DNA from: Podarcis vaucheri
Taxonomy: Eukaryota
DNA: 64,000 nucleotides
Direction: 5' to 3' (one strand)
Assembly: GCA_965113315.1 (NCBI GenBank)
Contig: OZ220382.1
Position numbers and translations under genes: made by a program. Position 1 is the stretch's first letter, and each line of letters starts with the position of its first letter. Shown here piece after piece: positions 11,956 to 25,606 of this stretch. The notes beneath the pieces are model-generated. The model did no database searches. It was not told where the DNA came from and saw only the letters and a list, made by a program, of their open reading frames with translations.

Positions 11956-12357
11956 CGTTTAGCTCAGTATTGTCCACACTGACTGGCAGCAGCTCTCCAA
12001 GTTTCCAGCTGGTGACATTGTTAGCCCTGCCTGGAGATGCCATGATTTGAACCTGAGAACCTGGTGCTCTACCACTGAGCCATGGCCCTTTCCCTTTACA
12101 CATAGATGTAGAAGATCTTTTTAAACGGCTTTTCTGGTGACTCTCACATAGTAATATTAAACTATAAATGTAAAAATAGCAAATACAAGCTACAAGAGGG
12201 GGAGCATTTTGATAAACAGATCTCAACTCTATTTTTAATAGATATGTCTAGTCAGAAGTAAGCTTGATTGAGTTCAATGGGACTTAGGTTCAGGTAAGTG
12301 CATATGGAGTTTCAACCTAAGGCTTCTTATCCTTCATCCTCTGCTGTGCGTTTAACT

Positions 12358-12711
12358 CAGGCATAGAAGAAGAAGAAGAGTTTGGATTTGATATCCCACC
12401 TTTCACCCCCCTTCAGGAGTCTCAAAGCAGCTAACATTCTCCTTTCCCTTCCTCCCCCACAACAAACACTTTGTGAGGTGAGTGGGGCTGAGAGACTTCA
12501 AATAAGTGTGACTAGCCCAAGGTCACCCAGCAGCTGCATGCGGAGGAGCAGAGACGCGAACCCGGTTTACCAGATTACAAGACTACCGCTCTTAACCACT
12601 ACACCACACTACAACTCCCATCATCCCTAGCTAACAGGACAGGTGGTCAGGGATGATGGGAATTGTACTGTAGTCCCAAAACGTCTGGAGGGCAGAGTTT
12701 GCCTATGCCTG
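12358..12711. mobile_element. hAT MITE disrupted by a SINE
   Basis: Termini CAGGCATAG/CTATGCCTG; exact 8-bp TSD GTTTAACT (12350-12357, 12712-12719). Confidence 0.85.
12365..12610 (-). mobile_element. tRNA-derived SINE (Squam3-like)
   Basis: A-box TGGTGTAGTGG, B-box GGTTCGCGTCT, CORE-like body, (TCT)n tail; near-identical to 16917-17168. Confidence 0.85.
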
Positions 12712-12912
12712 GTTTAACTGTTTATCATGTGTCCCCTTTTGTTACATTGAAGTTATTTAGTTACTTTTTATCATGTGTTATCATATGACATCCTATGCCC
12801 TTTTAAAATATGGGTTGGGGGGTTATTGTTTTTATTTTGATTATGTATTTTGTGGATTAAATTTTGATTTTATTCTGTGAACTGCCCTGAGACCGCTGGG
12901 TATAGAACTGTA

Positions 12913-13157
12913 CAGTGATACCTCGGGTTACATAAGCTTCAGGTTACATACACTTCAGGTTACAGACTCCGCTAACCCAGAAATAGTACCTCGGGTTAAG
13001 AATTTTGCTTCAGGATGAAAACAGAAATCGTGCGGTGGCGGCACAGCAGCAGCAGCGGGAGGCTCCATTAGCTAAAGTGGTGCTTCAGGTTAAGAACAGT
13101 TTCAGGTTAAGAACGAACCTCCGAAACGAATTAAGTACTTAACCCGAGGTACCACTG
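12913..13157. mobile_element. Tc1/mariner (Tigger-like) MITE
   Basis: TA|CAGTGATACCTCGGGTTA...TAACCCGAGGTACCACTG|TA; same family as 39127-39368 and 54366-54594. Confidence 0.9.
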
Positions 13158-14270
13158 TATATAAATTCAATAAAGAATAATATCAGTTGTCTCATTCTAC
13201 ATGATTTACTATACTGTATAAATGAAAGGAAAAATAGTATCAAACAATGTGATACACAGTTGTTAGGTGGTTTAGTGACATTTTATACAAATTCCAGCAA
13301 TCAAACCTTAGCCTGAGATCATAAGCCACTGCCAACTCCAGGCTTAGATGGAGCATTGGTCTGAAGACTCCTCAGAGACTCAGAGTGTGGTCTCTGGCCA
13401 ACAAAAGCTTATAGTGTAACAAGTATGTAAAATAGTCCTGTATCAGTGATTCCCAAACTTGAAAATTAATGAGTGTGTTGGTGGACCACTTAAAATAGTT
13501 TTTCTGCCCATTGCAGCAATTGTAACGCATTTGTGTTAGATGCCATATTCATTTTAATTTTATTTTTATTGCTTCTATTTTGATATGTTTGCTTCCTTTC
13601 ACTTGTTTTCCTGGCTCCTAATCTTCTCCACTCCTTTTAAATCTCTCCCTCCTGCTCTTCTGTATTCTTAATCCTCCCCACTCCTTTTAAATCACTTCCT
13701 CTTGTATAAGATCCTAATCCTCTTCATTTCTTTCAAGTCTCTCCCCTTGCCAGAGGATTGCTGGGTTCTCAGAATGAGCAGCTGCTGCACCCACTGTTCT
13801 TCACAGCCATGCTGTGGACCACCTGAGTGATGCTCATAGAACTCTAGCACTCAACTCTATTGTTTATGATGTCCCCTTGGAATACTCTGGGCCACTGTGA
13901 GAATATGTCTCCCAGCCCAGCTGCCCAGGACTGGTAAGGGCCCTGCTACTCTGATGTAAGCCTGCCAGAGCTCTCATGAACACGGAAATAGGGCCATGAG
14001 GTTATTTCATTGAGGGCCTCCCTCAAATCTAGAACCAGCCCTGCTAAGATCAGCCAGAGTTTGCACCAGAGTCCACTTCCTCTGTTTAGCACCTCAATGC
14101 CCAGCAGTCTCCTTGCCCGAGCTCAGAGCTGGCATTGAGGACTCCCAGACTGCTATTTCTGGGCAACTTCAGCATCCATGCCAAGGCGATTTGCTCCCCA
14201 TTTGTGAATGCTCTCTATACAGAGTATCACCTGGCACCTTCATTACATATCTTTAGATGCCAGGAATGTA

Positions 14271-14439
14271 CCGTATTTTTCGCTCTATAACATGCACCCG
14301 ACCATAACACGGACGTAGTTTTTAGGGGAGGAAAATCCGTAGGCATGCCACCCGTAGGCATTTCCTCCATAACACGCACAGACATTTCCCCTTACTTTCT
14401 AGGAGGAAAAAAGTGAGTGTTATGGTGCAAAAAATACGG
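14271..14439. mobile_element. Short Tc1/mariner (pogo-like) MITE, 169 bp
   Basis: TA|CCGTATTTTT...AAAAATACGG|TA; termini shared with the 1.3-kb element at 54597-55898. Confidence 0.88.
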
Positions 14440-16363
14440 TATATCTCAACTAGGTATTTTCTCTTCAACCATGGCTTTTTAAATGGTTTTTTTTGGGGGG
14501 GCTGTTACGTTTGTTTTTCGTGTATTATGTAGCTTGAATTCTAATTTTGTATTTTTATGTTGTGAACCGCCCTGTGACCTTTGGATGAAAGGCAGTATAC
14601 TGACTAAATAAATAAGACAAGGAGGAAGAACATGTACCATTCATAACCAGCTACCCACCCAGATATGTGGTTTGCAAGCTTGCTACCTCTCTTCTCTCAC
14701 ACATCCATTCTTGTTCCATAGGAATTTCAAGTCTATATACATTTGATGTACACAATTTGCTTTCCATATCATTGATGCTAATACATACCAGTAACTTTTA
14801 CTAACTTCACAGCTTGGGTCCTGCTTTGGGTGTTTCATGAAACCAAGTGAAGTGAGAGGTGGCATTTTCAGCAGTGACAGCACCCTAGTTATGGACTAGT
14901 CTTCACAAATAAATTTATTTGACACCATCACTGTGGTCTTTTCAGATTCAGGTGAAGATCTTTCCGATAGCCTAAATTATCTAAAAGCCCTAGGTAATCT
15001 GGGCATATTACACACACACACACACACACACACAGCTTTTTTTCTGGGGATATGCAGGGGTACACATACCCCTAAACGTTTTGTGAATCTTTGTACTTTT
15101 GTCCATTTAATGTATTTATTTTTCCTGATTTGAACTATAAAATGGTGATTTTCTTGAGTCAAAATGAGAGTACTATTTCAATTGTTTTTTTGACATTTAT
15201 TGTTAAGTTGCCCAGAGAACTATGTTGTTGGGCCACACACAAACACAATAAAAATAGTTTCTGTACTGTGAAACCGATTCCAGTAGGAATGCAATTATGA
15301 ATGAGGCATAATTTGAGGCTTTTAATGGCACAATAAATGAGTGATGAGAGAGTTAAAACCGTAGGTCTTTGTTTATATGCATTTTTCTGCCTAAGGCCCT
15401 CATTTCATATATGGATATGTGGTATGAGAATGAATGTATTTTGTACATGGGAATAGCTTCCAGTAGACAAAGCTAAACTTAGAAAGCAACTCTAATATAG
15501 TACAAATTTCCAGTTGGTTCCAAGGCAAACAATGCAGGTATAAGCTCTAAATTTTACTTTAACATAAAATTAGAATACACAACCAAGGTGTTATAGGCCA
15601 AGAAAATAAGAAGTTAGGCAATGTGGTGGGGAAGGTGTGTACACTCACCTGCTTGCATTGAGAGATGATGTACTTTGGTTTTTGATAGCTAGGTTCATTA
15701 TATGTATGCAAAACTTGAAGACAACTTCCTAGCTTTCATGTCATTCTGTAACAGCCTGTAAATATGCACATATACCTGAAACAACCATGTAGTGCATCCT
15801 TTTTTACTGCCTATGCTATTTCTGCTGTAACAAATTTTGGATTGGGTCAGGGACCTGTTTTATTGTGATTTGTAAGGCACTAGTCACTGGTGGAGCTATA
15901 TAAATAATAATAAAAAGGGTAAGGCAGTTCTTAAGTTGAAGAAAAATGTAAGTAATTTACCAGAATTGCCAACCATAAACATTGACACAACTACTTAATT
16001 CCAAAAGTGACAGTACACTAATAGATTTGATAGGTTCAACTGAAAGGTCACACAGACATTCAGCCCATTCACTTCTTGGTAGCTTCTTAGCTGGTCCTAC
16101 TCAAAAGGATTAAATCTACTGATTTTGGGGAACGTTTTATTCTACTGGTTTGACATTGGCTACCTGAACCATTAATGAAAATGTGTATCCCTTTTGGAAG
16201 AGCCCTTTGGTTCATTAGCCATCCTTAAACACCCAATGCCAATGGCATGAAATAAAACAATAAATGCTTTTAAGTGTTGCTGGTTGACCTGCACCATTGG
16301 CTGAAATGAAACACTGCTTTTAAGAAAAATATTAAAACACACACCCAAGACACTTTGTGCCAG

Positions 16364-16369
16364 TTTATT
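16364..16369 (-). terminator. Candidate distal polyadenylation signal of the PICALM-like gene
   Basis: Minus-strand AATAAA followed by GTGTCTTGGGTGTGTGTTTTAATATTTTTCTT, a GU/U-rich downstream element. Confidence 0.5.
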
Positions 16370-16916
16370 TTCCAAAACCTGTTTCATTAACAAAATGGAG
16401 GACTCTCAACCACCTCCTGTTTTACATACTGTCAAGGATCATTAAAATGTTAACATAGCAAGCCCTGTGCTTCAGCAAAGTAAGTGCTGGGGGCAGGGAG
16501 AAGAGGCAGGAATTTATTTACTTTTTTTGATGGCTAGATGCACCATGTTCTCACACTGCAACTTTGTAAAGGGAAAGCATATCAAAATCAATCTAAGTAA
16601 GAACAAGCAGAGCTGGGCAAAATACATTTTTTGAGTAGCTTAAATAAAAAACACAATACACTCCATTAAGCTATATTTCAAATATGAAATAAACTGAGAA
16701 ATGTTTGAAATACAAAATATGAGAACATTTGCAGAAACCCTGTTTTCAAAATAAATTGCTAAATGCATTTATTCAGTAATGTTTTACCAATGCTTGTACA
16801 ACCTCCAATTTTTAATTGTACTAGGGGTTTTAATTGTTTTACAGATAATTAAATATGCTATTTGTTATATCAGTCAAGGGGAAATTATTGAATCTGCTTT
16901 GATAAACTGAAGTCTA

Positions 16917-17168
16917 GAAGAAGAAGAAGAGTTTGGATTTGATATCCCGCCTTTCACACCCTTTAAGGAGTCTCAAAGTGGCTAACATTCTCCTTTCCCT
17001 TCCTCCCCCACAACAAACACTCTGTGAGGTGAGTGGGGCTGAGAGACTTCAAAGAAGTGTGACTAGCCCAAGGTCACCCAGCAGCTGCATGTGGAGGAGC
17101 GGACACGTGAACCCGGTTCCCCAGATTACGAGACTACCGCTCTTAACCACTACACCACACTGGCTCTC
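16917..17168 (-). mobile_element. tRNA-derived SINE (Squam3-like)
   Basis: Same head, body and (TCT)n tail as 12365-12610. Confidence 0.85.
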
Positions 17169-20100
17169 AAGAATCATTTTGGTGTTTAGTGGCCTTCACC
17201 ACAACAAAACTATTGGTTGATTAATCATAATGGTACTTTAAAAGAAATTTCCTGCAGGTGCAAATGGCTATAAACTTGTATTTTATTAACTAAACAAAAT
17301 TTGGGTTGCTAGGTATTCATGCATCATTCAAACATTTTGCTGTTTGTCATTCAATTAATGTGGCAGGTATTACTATAATGTGTTCTCAAAACAAAAGAAA
17401 AATTCACAATACGACTTCCTCTTTTTCTAAAATAAGAAGTCAACTCTGCAGCTGCATTCAACATTATTTTTCTGAATATAGTCTGTCTCTATCACAGCCA
17501 GGCAACAGGGACCACAGCTTCACATCTAGCCTTTAAGCTGTGGTTCCTGCTGCCTAGCTGTGATAAGAGACGGAAGAAGCAAAGAGGTCACTGAATTAAG
17601 GATTCGGCTCATAATGCTCACCAATACCATTTCTCAGAGAATAAGGTGTAGTAGACTTTTAAAAACTGACTCACAGGGGGAAATATTGTTAATACCACAG
17701 TGACAATCAAATGCTTTGTCTCAGAAACTTTTATCCTGTTGCTTCCACCAATAGCTGGTAAATGGCACTAGTGTGTCATGAACTCCCCATGTTTGCTGAG
17801 AGTCTCCTTGCCTGCACTAGCACTATTGATGTAAGCAGTTGCTTTCCGAACTGCAAAGACTGTAAGACTCACTAAGCAGCTCCTTCCCTTCAGCTGACCT
17901 CTTGGGACCATGTTAGACAATGCAATAAATGAGTAACCTGATTTCATGTGTCTTAAAAAGGAAAAGAGAGGAAATAGCGACAATCAGGTGTCTGGGTTAT
18001 AATATGCAAGAAGAAGGGTTTAAGCCTTTCCCCCACACTCTAGTAATCTTGACACCCACTCACCCCCAATCTGCTATTTGTTCTGTGAAGGAAATAGTTA
18101 CTGGAGTTAGTGGCATATTCTCTTGATTGCAAGGAGGCTTGTTCAACCAACTCAACACCATAGGTTGATCCCAGACTAAGGCAGTTATATCAGACTAAGG
18201 CAGTAATCAAGTTACTACTAACTTGTCCCATTAATTACAATGGGAGCTATGTGCTACTGGGTATCTGGATCCAATGCTGCATGTTGTTTAGTGAGCACAT
18301 GGGACCTAAAATCTGCTTGAAAACCCAACTAAACTTCCAACCTTCTCCAGCAATGAGGTTTTCCTTGCTTGTTCTACCTACAGAATAGAAAAGGATCAAA
18401 TACTACGGAAAAACCCCCAATACATTTTCTCTATCAGATACAATATGCAATTTAAATCATATTTGAAATACAAATATATGGATTATCAATACTGCCCTGC
18501 TGTGACAAAAATTATACAAGAATTTTAAAGAGTCATCCTGCAAACAGGAAGCACCTATCAAATTAATATATATATATAAAGGCACATACCTATTGCATTG
18601 GGGTGGGGCAAGGAAGAGAATATTGGGAACAATAAATTGAAATTATCAATTAGAAAACCAAACCCAGAACACATACACATTTAACACCTTTTCCCCCTGC
18701 TTCCAACATTTCAAGAAAATTCCAGCCAAGTGTTTTATAAAGGAATACAATTGCATCAAATTATTTACCAAACTGGTAGGGTAGGGGGAGAAGAAGAATA
18801 AAGACTGCATTGGTTATTACAATATTTTAAAATAAATGCTATCATCAGAAAGCTGGGGGTATGAGGTACACAATACATACTAAAGCAATGGGACAGCCAA
18901 GAAGTCAAATTACATATTCAAAAGCAACATTTCTAAGTAATTTCTAGAAACTGTAGAGATAGCATGTACAGTTCCCCATTACTCAAAAATATAATCTTTA
19001 AAATGGAAATAAGTAACTGGTACACAGCGCATGTCAATATTATTCTCAAAATGCAGGCTACTTAAAAAGAAAAGAAGTTTTCCCTTTTATGTACAAATAA
19101 AAGCACTGATCCACAGTGCATTCTACTCTAAAATTGTAGTCCACCCTTACCACACATCAATAAACCCCAAACAGATCCAGGTACACCCTGTATTTAAAGT
19201 CAAAGACAACATTTTACAAAAAAAACCCAAAAAGTATACTTGCTTTCTTTTTAAGCTCTACACATTCTTATCAGAGACTGAAAATGTCTTTATTACATTT
19301 TTTAAAAAATGAATGTATATCTAGGAAAAGGAGCAACAGCTTTAGAAGAGACATTTTCAAGTATGACAATATTACCCATTAATATCACATTTCTATTCTT
19401 ATGGCCAACTAATGTGACCATAGCAGCCATGTTTATTTATTCCTGGGTTTCATATAAAGTGGGGTAAGGTGGAGGCTGGCTTTAACTGCAACAGGTTTGC
19501 AACAATAAAGGGGACTGACTCTTCTCAGTCCATGGCATTAACTACATGGGGCTCATTGCCCATTATTTACTCCCAGCTCATTTCATTTCCAGTGTAGAAG
19601 CAGAGCTGGAGGGACACATGTGGGCAATGGACTACGGGAGGGAACAGGCTCTGGTTTCCATGCCTGTCCATGCTTTCTAATATTAAGCTCAGATGCCACC
19701 TTCCATTCTATATGAAAACGAGGCAGAGATGTGAACAGAAAAAGCCACTATCATCATGTCTAATCTGACCCTTAAAGAGAGCACTCTCTGTACAAGGGCA
19801 CCTATCACCCTTCAGATTCTCACACACTCTCCTAGAAGCCACATGATGAAACTGCCATTGCTCTCATCCTGTTTTAAGAATGTACGAAATCATAATATTA
19901 TAATCGAACTGTCCATGCTTCCCAAAGCTTTTAAGACAGAATTCTTGCCATTTTAATAATATGTCTTTTTAAAAGCAAAAATAAATCTCTAATCAGAGTT
20001 GAATATGGGAAATGTAGAAAATGGTGTTGACACAGAAATCCACATTGGGGGGGGGGGAGCGTGAGTGTGTGTATTTCTTTCTCCTCAGCTTCATGCATTT

Positions 20101-21193
20101 TTTTCTCTGAATACCTGTGGGAATCACAACCCTGACCTACCAGTCTAATTATCAAACTATAAAAGTATCAAACACAACTAAAGCCAGGACACACCAATCT
20201 TAAGATTTAGACTGTGACCCTAAATACAATGGAAACAATGAAACAAAAACAGATGAAATAAATCTGCCTTCGTTTTGTAGCTTTTAAAATGGCAGCCTTG
20301 TAGCACTGCCTTAAGGATAGCACCGCCTTAAGGATAATCTTGTGACAAGACCACCACCACATTGCTTCACCTGCAAATATTTCAGGACCACAAACACATA
20401 TTTGCAGTCAACCCGTTAATGGCCAAATCACTATGGCAACCTTCCACAGCTTGGCGCCTCCAGATGTTTTGGACTACAACTACCATCAGCCCCGCCAGCA
20501 TGGGAAGGTTGCCCTAAAATAATGAATAATAGAAATGATACCAATATATTAATAAGGAAGGAGTTGTTCTCTAAAGTCAGTATCTTTGAGAAGGCAGTAG
20601 GTTGGTCAGCATCTTACTCTCACAATAAATTTACAAAACGATGTCATATGCAGTGCAATCCTGTCCTGAGTTTAGTTGAGTTGCTATTTTTATAGTTAGC
20701 TTTAACCTGCTAATATATCTAATAGGGAAGCAGCAAATGTCAAGTATGTATGATGGACATCTTATTGGCTTTTAAAAACCTTTAAATACATATAATCTAA
20801 CATTATTCAGACAGTTCAATTATAAACACCACTAATACCACTGTAAACAACCTTTCGCCAACTGGAAGTTGAAAATAGTACAGCTACCTGTACTTTTAGC
20901 ATTTCTGGCAAGACGAATAAAAGTGTAATTCTGGCAACAGCAACCCCAAATGCAGTTTCAATAATGTTAACAGTGACCACCATCTAACTGCTAGGGTCAG
21001 CTATTAAAAAAAGATGCAATCTTTCAGCAAGGAAATGAGTGATAAACCCACCTCCACAGAGATAGGAGAGTTCAAATTCTCCAGATTTGGCACAGAAAGT
21101 GGTGCTAGCAGTTGTGACCAAACTGTTATTTTGGTTTTCCATAAGGACAGACAATTCCCTAAAGACCCAGTGTGGCTGTAGGGATGACTAGCC

Positions 21194-22113
21194 CAGGTAC
21201 GAGGGGGGGGGGAGAGGGCGGTCTGCCCTGGGTGCCACCCTAACATGGGGCGACAAAATGGCAGGCAGCACTCGTCACCGCGGGGCTTGCAGCACACACA
21301 AGCCACATATCTCAGCGCCCACAGGCTCTGTACTGTCCACCTGCCTCCCCCCCCCCAGCTGTAGGGTGGCTGAGGCCCCAGTGTGCGCCCCGTCCCTATG
21401 GGCACTGCGCGCCCCGTCTCATCCCTAAGGGCACAGTCTTGTCCCTATGGGCACTGTGCGCCCCATGGCGCTCGGTGCCCATAGGAATGGCACAGGGTGT
21501 GCGGCAGTGCCCACAGGGACGCAGCGCGTGGCAGTGCCCATAGTGACGGCACGGGATGCTGAGCACCCTGTTCCGTCCCTATGAGCACCCCACCCCTATG
21601 AGCAGTTTGCCCCGCCCCTATGGGCACTGCGCGCCCTGTCTCATCCCTAAGGGCACAGTCTTGTCCCTATGGGCACTGTGCGCCCCATGGCGCTCGGTGC
21701 CCATAGGAATGGCACAGGGTGTGCGGCAGTGCCCACAGGGACGCAGCGCGTGGCAGTGCCCATAGTGACGGCACGGGATGCTGAGCACCCTGTTCCGTCC
21801 CTATGAGCACCCCACCCCTATGAGCAGTTTGCCCCGCCCCTATGGGCACTGCGCGCCCCGTCTCATCCCTAAGGGCACAGTCTTGTCCCTATGGGCACTG
21901 TGCGCCCCATGGCGCTCAGTGCCCATAGGAATGGCACAGGGTGTGCGGCAGTGCCCACAGGGACGCAGCGCGTGGCAGTGCCCATAGTGACGGCACGGGA
22001 TGCTGAGCACCCTGTTCCGTCCCTATGAGCGCCCCACCCCTATGAGCAGTTTGCCCCGCCCCTATGGGCGGTTCACCCCACCCCACGTGCCTGAAAGGCT
22101 TCCTCCACCACTG
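21194..22113. mobile_element. Non-autonomous hAT-like element (920 bp) with internal tandem array
   Basis: Exact 8-bp TSD GACTAGCC (21186-21193, 22114-22121); CAG...CTG termini, left TIR degenerate; GC-rich block in AT-rich flanks. Confidence 0.8.
21394..22068. repeat. 222-bp tandem repeat, 3 near-identical copies
   Basis: CCCTATGGG unit start recurs at 21394, 21616, 21838, 22060; duplicate ORFs offset by 222. Confidence 0.95.
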
Positions 22114-25100
22114 GACTAGCCATGACTGTATTCTGCTCTTCCCCCAATTTATTTTGATCTCACACCTTGCCACTGTTCTCAATTGCGGCAACCTAAATAT
22201 GAAGCAAAGACAGCACTCTAATCATACTCAAGAACCACCCCACCAATTGCACATTAAAGATCTGATAAAGGAGATTTATATATATAAGTTAAAGAACTAC
22301 AGACTAAGTATTACCTACAAAGGTTCAATGCTAATATTGACAGCCAAAATACAGCTACTGACATTTATTACTTTTTTGGACAAGATGCCATTGGTTTATT
22401 GAACAAATAGATAATCACTTATTGTCTAGAAAGCTCATTTATTATAAAATCAAAGTCCCTGGTTATAAGATAAAAGCACAACCTCCAAGTTTAGGGTTAT
22501 TGGAGACAGAATGTAAAACTGAATCTGACAAAAATTACACCAGTATAGTGGGCAACAATTCTTAAAAAGAATTCCTCAAATAACCATTACTGGTTAAGAG
22601 TAATGCCATTACTAGGGTTTACAGGTTACCTTCATGTATGAGCATGGGGGAATCCCCACACATTTGCTGTAGGGAAAAGGTTAAATTAGGTTGTGCAAGT
22701 ATCACACTGCTTACAAAGATTGCAAGCATGAGAAGATGCACATACTCAGTAACATTTTGAATTCTAGTCACTGAGCTGGAGAGTTAGATACGAAAAGAGA
22801 AATTACAAAATCCAGTCTTCCTTAATGAATTAAATTGCATATGAATAGAAGCAAGAATGTGTAAGTATTGGGGGCTTATGCTACCGTGGGAATATTGTGA
22901 TTATTATTATGATTTTAATGGATACATCAATGATTACTGTATAATGCTGTAGAAAGCACATAAACAACATACATAAACCCATTCATTTGGAGAGTTGAAG
23001 CTGCCCTCTCTCTGAGGAGGTGGGTATTGCATGAAGTTCCCTGCTGTAAGACTGCAGCCAGTAAATGCAATAAATTAAGCACAGTTAAACTGAATTATTA
23101 GAAAATAATATCTGGGGGATAAAAAAGGTTGCTGCCTATTTTACAACCCCAAACTTTACATGGTCACAGCCTCTGAGATCAAACATTTTAGCTAGTTATT
23201 ATAAAATCTGTGTAATTTAAATACATGTACTGATCCAAACTGGATTAAGAGACAGAAAATTGGTTAGAAGCATGATTTAAAATCCTAAATGAGGATCAAT
23301 AGAATTAACTCACTAGAATATCAACTAAAACAAGGCCTTTAAGTAAGCTGCTCCAGCTTGTATAGGGCTACAATAAATATTGGTTTTGGACAAACCAGGA
23401 GAGTACATTAAAGCCCAAAGCCCTTGAAAATTCACTTTCCACATTTAATTACTGTACATGCATCCAGTTTATGTCTTTGCCAGTACATGTCCAAGATTTG
23501 GTCTGAAACGTTTTTTCCAACTTGCAACATTTAATCCATACAAAGTTAGTGGTTACAAATTGCAAACACATATGTAAAAAAACGATTTGATTTTTTTAAA
23601 AAATCATGTTTAGTTTGACAAAACAAGTATATCTTTCTTGAAGCAAGCATATATATATATATATTTACATTCTTGGCACAATATTAACAAACACAAAAGA
23701 CACTTACAGGGAAAAGACTGGTTTTCTAGAATTTGACACAGCCTGAGCCACAAAAGTACTTTTTGTTTCTGCAAATCCCTTCCCACGGAACAAGGGCCAA
23801 TAACTTGGCAAAAACACTTGGGAGATCAAGCTCAAGTGCTGCAAAAAGTTTTAAATGATAAAAAGGGGCAAGCTTAATGAAAGAAAGCCACATTGACATT
23901 TAAGAGAGAGGCTTTTTGCTGTTATTGCTACCGCAATGAGCTCAAGACAAGAAAATCATCACAGCAGTGATAGAAAGGAAAGAACCAGTTTGCACGCTTT
24001 CTTCAGTTAAAATGTTCTTTAAAAAATAAATAATCATCATCATTTTTTGCTTCCCATCTCCCCTCATAGGTATGCCCTAGACTCCATCTGACAAATTAAA
24101 AAATAATGTTTAAGGTAATCCTTTCATTATTTGGGGGCATTGTGTTTGAAAATCATGGACCATCTTACATTCTCCTACACTGCAATAATATCTTAAGTAT
24201 CTTGAAGGATAATGGTCTGAACTTTTCAATACAAAAGAAATTTGAGCTAAATGTCTTAAAGCAGTACGATATCTGCATTTTGAATGTGTTACAAAGAAGA
24301 AGAAAAGATTATACAGCACTAGATTTTTTTTGTATTTCAGGGTTTACAAATATTTACACTCCCTCCCCCCCCAAAAAAGTTTGTTTTATGTAGTGACTGG
24401 CCCTTTTAAAATTTTCGTTTGCTCCTTTACCCACAACATGGGTCGCAGGCTATAGAGGGATAGAGGAGCTCAGGAACACAATTTTCCAGTTCTTAAAGTG
24501 CAGCACTGTAAATGATGAATGACTAAGAAAATGCTGGTGCCCTACATCTTAAATTAAGGGCAAAAAGCTTCCCAGACTCACTGCTGCTGGCCACCTGCAG
24601 ACTTTTTTCTGGGACATGAAGGCAACTCTAGCTAAAGTCTGAAATGATGCTGCTATCTGTACATAAGAGGCTGCATAAGGAAGTGCAGCTATTGCCATCC
24701 ATGCCAGGACTGCACACACTCTACTTTGTAACATACTATTTTCTTCAGAATAGGTCAGGTGCCCCAGTCTCTGCCAAAGCATAGCTCTATCACTTGGCAA
24801 GGCAACGCTCTGCTGAAATGCCAATTGACTATAGTTTTCTGCTAATGGCCTACATTTAGTTAAAAGTTGATTCACAGCATTTAAAACTCACAGTACAAAA
24901 TTTGTGAATTAGAAGAAGCTAGTCTAGCATGAGAAAAAGCAGTCAATATTGGCATTTCTGATAATGCAAGATTCTTCTCAGAGTCTTATTGTATCAGGTA
25001 CTGCTTAAGAGTATCTGAAAGGTTTATTGCTCAGCTTCATTCAGTGGTGCCATGGTAACAACGGCCACAGAATTCTGGGAGAAAATAAATAGAATAATTA

Positions 25101-25451
25101 TACCCTCCACTAGCTTACTAGAGGCTAGCTGTTGCATGGAAATGCTGCAAAGAGTTTCCAAGTAAGCTCTTATTTAAAAAGGGAAAGTCAAGATTCTCCT
25201 TACATACTTTGCTGACCTTCAGCTTCAGAATACTTCAGCTTTCCACTGAAAACAGTCTTATGCTATCCAAAACCAAACATGATTTCATACCATAGTGACT
25301 GTTATAACAATAATCTCTAAAGCACAGCAATTCAAAGTAATTGATATTGTATGGGAAGCAGGTATGTGCCCTAGTGAGGACCGCAGTTCAAAAGTTCTGT
25401 CTTCTTTCTACCAATATTTGGTTGTCAAAGTGTCTTGCTGCTTTGGCGGGT

Positions 25452-25466
25452 CTACATAAATTGTAT
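25452..25466 (-). CDS. PICALML: PICALM-like last coding exon (IQFM-stop)
   Basis: ttgcag|ATACAATTTATGTAG; same C-terminal tetrapeptide as PICALM. Confidence 0.92.
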   Translation of the reverse strand: MQFM

Positions 25467-25606
25467 CTGCAACATATATAAAGAAAAACAAGCTGAATGA
25501 AAGTCATTAAGGTTACATATTTTTATTCACAAAATACTTGTAAACTGCTTTTTCATATATTTTTAAAAACAAAATTCTGGTGCACAATTCTTTTGTACAT
25601 ACACAC

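Noticed and set aside
21394-22068. CRISPR-like array or repeat protein
   Set aside because: Whole 222-bp units are duplicated with no unique spacers; eukaryotic context, no cas genes; the ORFs are by-products.
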